DNA from: a virus
Strand: one strand, 5' to 3'
Virus record (IMG/VR): IMGVR_UViG_3300032285_001177
DNA length: 64,000 bases
Position numbers and translations under genes: made by a program. This document shows positions 54,826-64,000 of this stretch, one piece after another. Under the pieces are notes generated by a model that had not been told where the DNA came from, did not search any database, and saw nothing but the letters and a program-made list of their open reading frames with translations. Positions within the stretch are counted from its first letter, which is position 1; the number at the start of each line of letters is the position of its first letter.

Positions 54826-56262
54826 TTATACTGACAAATCAGTCCTAATATACTTTAATGTTGTTATTCCGCCTGATGGTGTAAACCTTAGTTCACATGT
54901 TCCTGTACCGTCCCAGGCTATGTTACTTAGTAATAATATAGGTGATCTTGTTGGTGTCACTGTAGCTTGCCAAATTCCTGTAGATACCTCAGTAAACTTA
55001 GAGGTAGTTTGTACTGTATATGCACTTGAGTTTAACCTAACTTCAAGGCCTATAATGATCGATTGTAACGCTTGTATTACAGTGTTACTTGTTGTGTATA
55101 CTCGAAGGTTTGACCCATTCCAATATGATACTCCACCAGTATTTATACTTGGTGATGAATAGTTATTTACTAATGGTGAGAAGTATGTTGCGAACGTGCC
55201 AAAATCTGGACCTAATACACCATACTCGTTTAAGAATACGTTTGCTGCGTCATGTAGTAACCTAAGTTCACTTACTTGTACATCAGAACCACGAGTAACT
55301 TGCATCTCAAACTTACTACTTCTTACTGTTGCAGTATCGATGACTTCAAGTAGCTGTTCGTCTGTTGTTCCGTCTGTTGTGAATACTGTTTCTTGTATTA
55401 CACCTGCACCTGATGCACCAACAGGACCTAAGTTACCTGTAGCACCAGTTAAACCTGTTGAACCTGATGCACCTCTAATACCAGTTGCACCATCTCGTCC
55501 TACATAACCTGAAGCACCGCCAACACCGCTTGCACCCGCTGGACCTGTTGGACCAACTTCACCGGTTGCACCTGTAAATCCAATACCGCTTGCACCTTGT
55601 GTTCCTGTAGCTCCACTAGCACCTTGAATACCTGTTGCACCTGTTAGTCCTGCACCAGTTGCACCAGTTAAACCAGTAGCACCAGTAGCACCATCACTAC
55701 CAACATATCCTGAAGCACCACCTACTCCAGATGCACCTTGTATACCTTGAGATCCTGTTGCACCATCTCGTCCTATGTATCCGCTTGCACCAGCAACACC
55801 AGATGCACCAACACCTGTAGCACCCTGTGGACCAGTGATAGAGAACCAACTAGCAGGATCAGTATTTGGAGCACCAACAGTATTGCCTGAGGATGGAGAA
55901 GACCATACGTATACAACTGAGTTATATGTAACATAATCACCAGCATTATATGTAGCACCTGATGACCATGGTCCTTGATTACTAAATCCTGAACCAGTCG
56001 CACCAGACGCGCCTTGCACACCTGTTGCGCCGTGACTACCTGTACCTACACCTGAAGCACCTTGAATACCTTGTGGGCCGGTTGAACCTGTTGCACCCGC
56101 AGTACCTACACCAGTAGCACCACTTGCACCTATCGGTCCAGTTGCACCATCATTACCAACTGGACCGGTTGATCCAGTGGCTCCATTACCGGTACCACCA
56201 CCTCCTGATAGGCCTTGTATACCTACCGCGGTGACTTCTGCGTAAACATCTCCTAGTGCCAT
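54826..56262 (-). CDS. Collagen-like protein with CBM5/12-like insert
   Basis: Gly-X-Y runs, [17 protein letters not shown] motif, C-terminal SSKFEMQ...NEYG domain related to the TEYA domains. Confidence 0.8.
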   Translation of the reverse strand: MALGDVYAEVTAVGIQGLSGGGGTGNGATGSTGPVGNDGATGPIGASGATGVGTAGATGSTGPQGIQGASGVGTGSHGATGVQGASGATGSGFSNQGPWSSGATYNAGDYVTYNSVVYVWSSPSSGNTVGAPNTDPASWFSITGPQGATGVGASGVAGASGYIGRDGATGSQGIQGASGVGGASGYVGSDGATGATGLTGATGAGLTGATGIQGASGATGTQGASGIGFTGATGEVGPTGPAGASGVGGASGYVGRDGATGIRGASGSTGLTGATGNLGPVGASGAGVIQETVFTTDGTTDEQLLEVIDTATVRSSKFEMQVTRGSDVQVSELRLLHDAANVFLNEYGVLGPDFGTFATYFSPLVNNYSSPSINTGGVSYWNGSNLRVYTTSNTVIQALQSIIIGLEVRLNSSAYTVQTTSKFTEVSTGIWQATVTPTRSPILLLSNIAWDGTGTCELRFTPSGGITTLKYIRTDLSV

Positions 56263-56271
56263 ATTCTCTCT

Positions 56272-56619
56272 CTAAGCTGGATCTGGTTTTGTTATTTGTG
56301 GAGTGAATATAATAATTCCCTCAGAAACTCTTAGCTTCTCACCAGTAGAAGTTTGAGTTATCTCAACATCATACATATATCTGCCAGGTTTAATCGCATT
56401 CGTGTCAGCATTAGATAGTGATAATCTAATTTGACCACCAACCTCTGAATAAACTTGTGCATGGAAATCAATGTGTGTTCTTGATGCATACGACTTACGG
56501 ATATACGATTCAACAGTAAATCCGGTTAATCGTAATGGAAGCCCATCAGAACCTTTAACAGTAATGACTGCACCAAAGTTAGAGCCTGTATCGATATAAA
56601 AATTAGTTATAGCTGCCAT
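56272..56619 (-). CDS. Small conserved virion protein (Ig/BppU-N-like)
   Basis: N.YID.G..F, LTG.T..S.IRKSY, G.I.LSL...T..IKPGRY.YDVEI, EG....P pattern common in aquatic T4-likes. Confidence 0.75.
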   Translation of the reverse strand: MAAITNFYIDTGSNFGAVITVKGSDGLPLRLTGFTVESYIRKSYASRTHIDFHAQVYSEVGGQIRLSLSNADTNAIKPGRYMYDVEITQTSTGEKLRVSEGIIIFTPQITKPDPA

Positions 56620-56620
56620 G

Positions 56621-57691
56621 TTATTTGAACTCTACCCATTTTTGTACAGTAATAGTATATTCTTGATGACCAACATCGCCTGGTTCATAGTGGTGGAACT
56701 CAATACGATATGTTTTACCAGGAGGTACAAAGAAGTTAAGGTTGGATACGTGTTTTTGCCCCCACCATGGATCTTCTAAACGCTCTTGCCAAATGATGTT
56801 ACCATCAACTATACCATATACAGCATTCTCTTCACCTTCTCCGATTTCGCCAGAATAAGTTTCTGAATGGATAGTAGCATTAATCCATATAGTATTGCCA
56901 GTTGAATTTGTATATGTTGTTTCGGTATCTCTTGATCCAGTTACATCGTAGTATGTTTGACCTGTACCAAAACCAGAAGCGATCGTAGCTGTACCTCCAA
57001 GAGATACTGTACTACCATTGATTGTAATAGATGAGTTAACGAGTGATGAGTTTGGTATAGCTGTTACTTTTGTACCAGCTAATGAAGTAATCCATGCTGG
57101 ATTACCATATGATCCGTTTGTATAAACACCGTTAGTAACAGTACCAGCATTACCTGATACATTGCCAGTTACATTTCCTGTAACATTACCAGTTACGTTA
57201 CCTGTCAAGTTACCTGATACATTACCAGTTACATTACCTGTCAAGTTTCCAGTTACATTACCATCCACTGCACCATGATGTACACCATATGTTTGACCAG
57301 TTACATCGCCAGTTACTGGACCAGTATGTGTTCCAGCAGAATTTCCAGTTAAGTTACCAGTTACATTACCTGTTACTCTACCTGTTAATGGACCAACTAA
57401 TGATACACCAGTAATAGTTTGTGCAGCAAAAGATCCATTAGAATCTCGTGCTACGATTGAGTATGGTTGGTTTGTCCAGTATGGATATAAACCACCAACT
57501 GTGTCTGAATTTAAACCAGATGTATCTGCTGGTTTTGTAACAGTCTTAAGCTTAGTTAAGATGTCGGCAGCAGTATATGTAGATGAAGGTAGTCTTGTAC
57601 CTATATCTATATTTAAGTTACTAAAGTTAGTATCTACCTCTTCAATAGTGAGAGGTGATCCTTTATCTACTCTTAATTTTATGCTTGCCAT
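56621..57691 (-). CDS. Fibre protein with (GNVT/GNLT)n repeats
   Basis: LR..KGSPLT..EVD.NF.NLN N-terminus, TGNV tetrad repeats, G.GQT..DVT.SR..TTYTN.TG..I tip domain. Confidence 0.8.
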   Translation of the reverse strand: MASIKLRVDKGSPLTIEEVDTNFSNLNIDIGTRLPSSTYTAADILTKLKTVTKPADTSGLNSDTVGGLYPYWTNQPYSIVARDSNGSFAAQTITGVSLVGPLTGRVTGNVTGNLTGNSAGTHTGPVTGDVTGQTYGVHHGAVDGNVTGNLTGNVTGNVSGNLTGNVTGNVTGNVTGNVSGNAGTVTNGVYTNGSYGNPAWITSLAGTKVTAIPNSSLVNSSITINGSTVSLGGTATIASGFGTGQTYYDVTGSRDTETTYTNSTGNTIWINATIHSETYSGEIGEGEENAVYGIVDGNIIWQERLEDPWWGQKHVSNLNFFVPPGKTYRIEFHHYEPGDVGHQEYTITVQKWVEFK

Positions 57692-57699
57692 ATTTTACC

Positions 57700-58266
57700 C
57701 TATTTTTTAAATACGTGTTCTATTACTTGATCTGCATCATCCGAATAACAAACTATTGCACATACTCCATCTTTTGGTATGACTAAGTTTGCTATATTAT
57801 CTTTCCATACTGTTGCATGCTGCATACTAACCATTCTACTTCCATTTGCATGCGCATACTTTTGTACACAAATTATTGTAATTCTTTTATCTAATGGTCC
57901 TACTTGATGAGTACCTTCTCTAAGTATCTTAACATCAAGTAATCTAGTCTCAGCTATTGGATTAAAAAACATAGCTGTACTACCTTCACCTTCAGTTATA
58001 ACAGTTTCATATTTACTTAGTTTCAGATGATCTAATAACCGATTTTCATCTTGACTACCATCATGTTTGTAGTCCCTACTATTAAACGTCGATGTTATCT
58101 CACCGTCTTCAGTATCTCTAAACTCTATCTCTAGTTGGCCATCAATTAAATAAGTATATTGATGCCATAATCCATTACCTTTATTATGGAACTTTTTTCT
58201 TTCCCATGGTCCCCAATGGGTCGTACAATATATAAAACTTCCACAATTCACATCTTGATTAATCAT
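57700..58266 (-). CDS. Hypothetical protein (possibly cupin-like)
   Basis: 188 aa, co-oriented; HQYTYLIDG motif; composition unlike the fibre genes. Confidence 0.6.
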   Translation of the reverse strand: MINQDVNCGSFIYCTTHWGPWERKKFHNKGNGLWHQYTYLIDGQLEIEFRDTEDGEITSTFNSRDYKHDGSQDENRLLDHLKLSKYETVITEGEGSTAMFFNPIAETRLLDVKILREGTHQVGPLDKRITIICVQKYAHANGSRMVSMQHATVWKDNIANLVIPKDGVCAIVCYSDDADQVIEHVFKK

Positions 58267-58653
58267 TTAAGTTCCAGTGGGGCCGTCAGCTCCAGTCAAT
58301 GCATTTAGTTGTGCTATCGCAACTTCAGGGTTTGCAATAGCTTCGTTTGTAATTAAGCTTGCATTATGATCACTCAATGTTGCATACGCATGTTCTGATT
58401 CATGCCCTATCCACATTGATAGATCCATCTCAACATCAGCGATCTTTTCTAAGTTATCTCTATGTAATGCTTGATCTAATAAAGCTGGCTGAATACCAGC
58501 AACAAAATCTTCTATAGTTGCATAACCTAATGTTTTTGGTTGATATGATACAGCGTCATATTCATCTATAGGTTTAGCGCTGTTCTCAGTGGCAAATTTA
58601 ATTAAGATCGATTCACCTTCAACACCTACAACTTTTATTTTTAACAAAGCCAT
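58267..58653 (-). CDS. Hypothetical protein
   Basis: 128 aa, AAGGA SD, co-oriented. Confidence 0.6.
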   Translation of the reverse strand: MALLKIKVVGVEGESILIKFATENSAKPIDEYDAVSYQPKTLGYATIEDFVAGIQPALLDQALHRDNLEKIADVEMDLSMWIGHESEHAYATLSDHNASLITNEAIANPEVAIAQLNALTGADGPTGT

Positions 58654-58670
58654 TTTATATTTCCTTTAAA

Positions 58671-59498
58671 TTATGCTACATTTCCTAATCTAGTACCAGT
58701 TGCAACCCATGTTACGTTAACATTACCATTCAAGTACAGTCCTGATGTACCACCGGCTCCAGGACTTGTACCAGCTCCAGCTGCACCACCGCCACCTTGC
58801 CCACCACCAGAACCGCCAGTTGGAGAGTTAGTAGCTGTACCGCCACCTCCGCCCGCTATTGTAGTACCATTGGCACCAGCTCCACCATTATATGATGCTC
58901 CAGTTCCACCTGCACCGCCTGCACCACCAACATTACCAGCACCACCGCCACCACCAGAACCAGCTTCTGTATATACTGTGTAGTTACCTTTAGAGCCGGT
59001 AGAGAATGATCCATAACCACCACCGCCACCACCACCGCCACCCGCGATGATCGATCCAGTATTATTAATAGTTATTGGGAATCCTGCAGTTACAGCTGTA
59101 CCACCAACACCACCGGTACCGCCTGCTCCGCCATAAGCCGCACCAACACCACCGGTACCACCCGCTCCTTGTATTGTTCCACTATTATTTAGTAATATCT
59201 GTGATCCAGTTACAAATGACCCAACTGTTAAAGATGGTAATGTTGGATCAGTTGAATTAATAGTTATACCTGAAGCGATGTTCACCTTTAATCTCAATGG
59301 AGAAGTTGGTGAACCTGCTAAAGTATATAAGTTAATATTACTTGCATTAGCTGTGATGTTTATTACCTTATGAACTATCTTCCATGTACCATTATCGTTA
59401 AGCCATGTTTCTGATGGTTCAAACCATGAAGAACCATTATAGACCCATAGATCTTGTACTAAACTCCACGTACCTGCATTATTAACGTATAATGACAT
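58671..59498 (-). CDS. gp38-like polyglycine adhesin
   Basis: L.N.G.I.G.GG.GG, INN.G.I.AGGGGGGGG, C-terminal V.W..TG.RLG.V, resembling T2/S16-type gp38; YVN..G.W repeats at the N-terminus. Confidence 0.75.
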   Translation of the reverse strand: MSLYVNNAGTWSLVQDLWVYNGSSWFEPSETWLNDNGTWKIVHKVINITANASNINLYTLAGSPTSPLRLKVNIASGITINSTDPTLPSLTVGSFVTGSQILLNNSGTIQGAGGTGGVGAAYGGAGGTGGVGGTAVTAGFPITINNTGSIIAGGGGGGGGGYGSFSTGSKGNYTVYTEAGSGGGGGAGNVGGAGGAGGTGASYNGGAGANGTTIAGGGGGTATNSPTGGSGGGQGGGGAAGAGTSPGAGGTSGLYLNGNVNVTWVATGTRLGNVA

Positions 59499-59500
59499 TA

Positions 59501-60379
59501 TTAAATCCTATACCAAATATCGCCAGATACGCCAGTTGCTCCAGGAGCATTAGTGGAAATATACTTTGTTCCTTGTGAATTTTGTCCAACACCAGCTACT
59601 GGTGCCGTTTGAACGTATTCTTGTGTTGCTATAGTTCCATTTGCATTTGGTGCAGTAAGAGTCTTAGTTGTACCTGATCCAATGTTAGATACTTGGAAGT
59701 TTAGAACTTTTGTTGTATCAACATCATCGGTGATAGCAAACTTATTATCTCTAAATGTTTGTTGACCTGTCCATAAATTATTTCCAGTTTGTGTACCTAA
59801 ACCTAAACTTAATGAACCACCCAATGATACAGAGTTACCGTCGATGCTGATAGAACTATTTGCTAACTTAGTGTTAGCGATTGAACCTGAAAGCATTGCG
59901 TTTGTAACTGTACCAGTATCGCCAGTAGTTACAACTGTACCTGACACATCAGGCAACGCAATAGTTCTGTCTGCAGTAGGATCATTAACTGTTAATACAG
60001 TCTCATACGTATTATCTGTTGGACCTTCAAACGTAACGTTTTGTGATGGACCTACATAAACTCCTGCATTAACTAAGTTAGCTGTGATAACATTAGCAGA
60101 GAAGTTGCCAGATGAACGGGTAACTACACTGTTACCAGATTGATCTGAGCTAGATGTGTTTAATCCATCTAATAAGTCAGCATCTAATCCTGAACCAGAA
60201 CCATCTACATTCTTAACTTTTGCTAGTACACCTGCATCAGAATAGTCTGTTGTTAATACACGTGTTTGTATATCAGCGTTTAAGTTATAGAAGTTAGTGT
60301 CAATCTCTGCATTTGTAAGTGCAGCGTTTTTAACTCCTGTTGCGCCAGTGGCACCTAATCTATATAGTATACTTGCCAT
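59501..60379 (-). CDS. Short fibre / adhesin carrier protein
   Basis: LTNAEIDTNF.NLN N-terminus, DGSGSGLDADLLDG, FEG.T...ET.L.V.DPTADRTI.LPD, C-terminal GDIWY. Confidence 0.8.
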   Translation of the reverse strand: MASILYRLGATGATGVKNAALTNAEIDTNFYNLNADIQTRVLTTDYSDAGVLAKVKNVDGSGSGLDADLLDGLNTSSSDQSGNSVVTRSSGNFSANVITANLVNAGVYVGPSQNVTFEGPTDNTYETVLTVNDPTADRTIALPDVSGTVVTTGDTGTVTNAMLSGSIANTKLANSSISIDGNSVSLGGSLSLGLGTQTGNNLWTGQQTFRDNKFAITDDVDTTKVLNFQVSNIGSGTTKTLTAPNANGTIATQEYVQTAPVAGVGQNSQGTKYISTNAPGATGVSGDIWYRI

Positions 60380-60566
60380 TTGTTATCCCGTCGATAATCG
60401 TTTCTAATCTATTTATTTTCTCTATTAATACATCTATTTTGTTTTCTTTCTCACGCAATGCTGCTTGCATAGCACGATGCTTTTCCAACTTTGATATGTC
60501 TGTTTCCAAGATGGCACCAGTATTAGTATCTCTTACAAGTGTATCTTTTTCTACAGGTATCTTCAT
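60360..60566 (-). CDS. Small conserved coiled-coil protein
   Basis: LVRD..TGAIL.TD motif followed by a coiled coil; start reassigned to ATG 60566. Confidence 0.7.
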   Translation of the reverse strand: MKIPVEKDTLVRDTNTGAILETDISKLEKHRAMQAALREKENKIDVLIEKINRLETIIDGITNGKYTI

Positions 60567-60567
60567 A

Positions 60568-63500
60568 TTAACTATCCAATGCAATCACTCTAAGATCTCT
60601 TAGTCTTGGAGTATTTGCAGCATAAGATGATAACATTACTATCTTAATCTGGAATGAGTTAAACCTTGGAGATATTGGGTTATCTTGAGGTATACTGTTA
60701 ACGATCGCTCCAGGTGGGAAGTATCTGTGTTCTTTAAAGTCAAAGCTTGATGTAGAGTTAGCTACTGCACTTTCCAAGTTCATCAACACCCATTGTTCAT
60801 TAGTTATTGGTGTATTCTTTTCTGCAGGTAAAGTTCTGTAGTATACTTTAACATCAGTGCCAGTAGGCTTATTAATATCAACTGTTACACAGATATTAGA
60901 TGCTTCGAATCCAGATGCAAGGTTAACTACTTTACTGATATACTTAGCTGTAGCTGAACCACCAACAGTGATACCAGCTTCTGTGCTTGCATTATTATTA
61001 ATATCATTGAGTGCTGTTATAGCAGCTACAGTTGCTGCATCAATAGTAGGAGATACTTCATACTTAGTAGCAACTGTTGGATCAAGAGACATCTCAGCAC
61101 GCAACCTTAATGTATTGTTAGCATGTCCTGCTGCAGCATCGATAGCTCTGATAGTGTCATAGTTAATATCTTGGTTCATGTTTAATGGAACCCAATCAGA
61201 ATCATATGATGTACCACCATAGTATGTTCTTGCAGACCATGTGATTGATGTACCAGTTGGTAAGATAGAAGACACATTTGCTTGTAATGTATGATAGTTT
61301 CTTAAAGCATCTGGATCTTGGATATCAAACTCAGCGTATCCAGTAGATGAACTAAACACACATCTATTCAATGTAAACTTAAGATCTTTATTTTGATCTG
61401 GTTCCCATGTAGAGGCATTTTGTGATTTAAACAATGAGCCAATGTATGGTTGTTTGTCGATCTTACCACCAGGATTTACTGCATAGGTAGATGGTATGGT
61501 GTCACCAATATTTGCAACGAATACTTGATACTCTTGTGTGTTAGCTAATAATACGATAGAGTAATCACCAGGAGCAAGATGTATTGGGTTATCAAATTTA
61601 AACTTAGTTGCCACTGAACCATTTTCAGAAACACTAACATCAGAAGCTTTTAACTGTACTGATGAGAATGGTATGGTTGGTACAGATTCTGGATAACCAT
61701 TAACGTTGTTTCTGATCTGCAACTCAACTGGAACAGTATTAGATTTAGATTTAAAGTAGATATCTACTGAAGATAGGTGTAGACCTAATGGGAAATCATT
61801 CTCATAGATAACGAATGATTCTGCAATAGGATCATAGTAACCAACTTCTGTTGTAGTCTTTGTATTTTGGAGTAAACGTGTTGTAAGTATTGTTCTTTGC
61901 TTAGTTTGGATCTCACCAATAGCTGTATACTTAGCTTCGCCGATCGACTCTTCTAGTTGAACGTTGTTAGCTGAGTTGTCAATCAAACGAATAGTTCTTT
62001 CACCAGTCTTGAATGTATTAGCTGGGATATCAAACTCAAAGCCAAGATTACCAAACTCATCTGGAACTAAATCTGCGCCAAGGCTATACGTATGTACAGC
62101 TGTAATTAATGCTGATGTACCACTCTTAGAACCAACTACATATTTGCCAGTGTACGACGCTACAGAACCTGACTCACCGCTGATAGTTAATAGGTATTTG
62201 GTTGGATCTGCAGTTGTAGCTTGAGAGAATATAGCAACATTAGCTGTTACACCAGTAGCTACTCCACCTGCAGCTAATGAATGGAATGTTAATCCTTCAT
62301 ATACGCCTTGTCTGTCATCAAATCCTGTACCAACAAGTGTACTAATCTCTAATACAGTTAGAGGTTTAACATATGATGTGATAGCAGTATTCTCAACGAA
62401 TGGGTATAGTTTAGCTTTAGGTTTAAATAGTTTACCGATACCAAGAACTTTACTTGCTCTGATGAATGGAACCATTTGAACGTCAACAACTGTTGTACCC
62501 AACGTTGCAGTAGATGTGCCAAGTACGTTTGTACCAAATGTTACGGTTGTGCTTGCAACATGCCATGGATGGCCGCCTGCTTCTGAATGGAAACGTGTTG
62601 CATTGTTATCGATACGAACATCTTGTTCCATTACACCTGGAACTACAGAGTCAACGACTAAGTTTGTATCTGGTAAGTATGTTGTATCAATCCATGTATC
62701 AAATGATGGTTCAAGTCTGATAGTACCGATGAATCGAATAACGTTAAATGGGTTAACATTGATATATTGAGAAGCTAATGGTTGTACGATAGCTGGTGTC
62801 TCAGTATATGTTAATGTGATTAGATCGCCGTTTCTTTCTGTGTTTGTTAAAGCATCAGTCACAACATCAAATTGATGAAACTCCACGGTGAATGGTGCTC
62901 TTAACTCTTGGTTTAATGGATCAATAGCTGCATAGAAATCAATATTAGATGCATCAGCTAATGAGTTTGCATTGTAGTTTGTAGATGATACGTTCCATGT
63001 ATTTGAACCATTGAACCATGCATTCCACCAACCCCAACGACGTGTGGCCCATGTGCTAGCATTAAAGATGTCAGCTGATGTAAATGGATCTGTAGCAAAG
63101 CCGTTCTTAAACTTCTCTTTAGTATTAGCGTCAGCTACTGATGTATCCTTAGCTTGTTTTTCAAGCAATGATAGCTGTGTGTAGTACTCTAAGTTTGCTA
63201 TACGTTTTTCAAGTCTACCGATATCACGCATAGTATATCTACGATTATCAAAGTATTTAACTGAGATATCACGTACGTTTGCTGTGTATGGAGGGATGAT
63301 GACAGCAAATATAGTCATGCCGTTTGATTCATCAATCGGTGGTTGTGGATATAGAGAAGGATTACCCTTCTTAATAGTAAACGATTTATCTGCAGTAGCG
63401 ATGATCTTATCGATACGACCTAAGTAGTATTGATAAGTTGAGATCATATTACTTACAGGAGAAGGGATCTGCTCATACTCAACCGCAGTAGTTGCTGCAG

Positions 63501-63999
63501 CTAAACTCTTTGTAGTGTTAGTAGTATAGTTAATAGTAGAGAGATCAATATCAGAACGTCTTGGTCTAAAGTCAATACAATCTCTTAGCGTATATGTAAC
63601 TCCAGATGCAGGATCTGTAAATGATGGGATACTACCATAAGGGATACTACCATAAGAATCAACTGATAGATAGCCATAACCAAGACCACCATCATGTTTA
63701 TAGTTTCTATATACTACTAACAAGTAGTTTGTATCTGTTGGTGGTGAACCGCTTAATACGATAGTGCCATGATCATACTTCTCAGCACGTTGGCCGTTAT
63801 CAAGAGTATATCTTGATGTCACATCAGTATGTGATACTCCACCCCATGCAAGTACACCTGTACCAGCATTAATAGTAACTGCGCTTGGGACAGTTGAACC
63901 AGTATTATAAACTCCATAGATATTTTCAATATCAGAAGCTCCTAATGTATCTGAACCGCCAGTTGTAGTATTTAAACCACCAGTAGATCCAGAACCTAA
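60568..63999 (-). CDS. Very large virion structural / baseplate protein (DUF4815/VrlC-like), 5' end outside the window
   Basis: Frame stays open from 63822 to the window edge. LDNGQR, DFRP, NRRYTMRDIG.LEKRI.NLEYYT.LSLLE, FKNGF..D.F, NVNPF, GSLFKSQN.STW, F..FQIKIVM...P...DLR.IAL. Confidence 0.85.
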   Translation of the reverse strand, partial: LGSGSTGGLNTTTGGSDTLGASDIENIYGVYNTGSTVPSAVTINAGTGVLAWGGVSHTDVTSRYTLDNGQRAEKYDHGTIVLSGSPPTDTNYLLVVYRNYKHDGGLGYGYLSVDSYGSIPYGSIPSFTDPASGVTYTLRDCIDFRPRRSDIDLSTINYTTNTTKSLAAATTAVEYEQIPSPVSNMISTYQYYLGRIDKIIATADKSFTIKKGNPSLYPQPPIDESNGMTIFAVIIPPYTANVRDISVKYFDNRRYTMRDIGRLEKRIANLEYYTQLSLLEKQAKDTSVADANTKEKFKNGFATDPFTSADIFNASTWATRRWGWWNAWFNGSNTWNVSSTNYNANSLADASNIDFYAAIDPLNQELRAPFTVEFHQFDVVTDALTNTERNGDLITLTYTETPAIVQPLASQYINVNPFNVIRFIGTIRLEPSFDTWIDTTYLPDTNLVVDSVVPGVMEQDVRIDNNATRFHSEAGGHPWHVASTTVTFGTNVLGTSTATLGTTVVDVQMVPFIRASKVLGIGKLFKPKAKLYPFVENTAITSYVKPLTVLEISTLVGTGFDDRQGVYEGLTFHSLAAGGVATGVTANVAIFSQATTADPTKYLLTISGESGSVASYTGKYVVGSKSGTSALITAVHTYSLGADLVPDEFGNLGFEFDIPANTFKTGERTIRLIDNSANNVQLEESIGEAKYTAIGEIQTKQRTILTTRLLQNTKTTTEVGYYDPIAESFVIYENDFPLGLHLSSVDIYFKSKSNTVPVELQIRNNVNGYPESVPTIPFSSVQLKASDVSVSENGSVATKFKFDNPIHLAPGDYSIVLLANTQEYQVFVANIGDTIPSTYAVNPGGKIDKQPYIGSLFKSQNASTWEPDQNKDLKFTLNRCVFSSSTGYAEFDIQDPDALRNYHTLQANVSSILPTGTSITWSARTYYGGTSYDSDWVPLNMNQDINYDTIRAIDAAAGHANNTLRLRAEMSLDPTVATKYEVSPTIDAATVAAITALNDINNNASTEAGITVGGSATAKYISKVVNLASGFEASNICVTVDINKPTGTDVKVYYRTLPAEKNTPITNEQWVLMNLESAVANSTSSFDFKEHRYFPPGAIVNSIPQDNPISPRFNSFQIKIVMLSSYAANTPRLRDLRVIALDS

Positions 64000-64000
64000 G

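Noticed and set aside
44005-56262. Repeats as a CRISPR array or DGR template/variable repeat
   Set aside because: Repeats are in-frame coding triplets with third-position variation. There is no repeat-spacer structure, no adenine-specific mismatch pair and no reverse transcriptase in the window.

Overview
A 64 kb segment of a T4-like myovirus genome (non-Tevenvirinae layout resembling aquatic T4-likes, host unknown). Every credible gene is on the minus strand. In transcription order (high to low coordinates) the window holds: the 3' part of a very large virion/baseplate protein; a ~37 kb fibre/adhesin block (23.3-60.4 kb) dominated by proline-poor Gly-Ala-Thr/Gly-Ala-Ser collagen-like and beta-repeat proteins; two multi-domain glycosylation genes (GT-A + HtrL-like GT; GT4 + SAM methyltransferase); the core morphogenesis module (gp13, 14, 15, 17, 18, 19, 20, prohead core proteins, 21, 22, 23, 3, with no gp16 in its usual place); and uvsY, uvsW, gp55, gp47, gp46. 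T4 late promoters (TATAAATA), a family of sigma70-type promoters and a gp23 terminator are visible. The main candidate novel system is phage-encoded virion glycosylation. The short motif GATG/GASG forms the collagen triplets and also occurs in loops of otherwise ordinary virion proteins, including gp23 and a prohead-region protein, while the replication enzymes lack it. The glycosyltransferase operon sits directly behind the fibre block under its own early-type promoter. Family assignments come from my recognition of motifs; no database searches were run.
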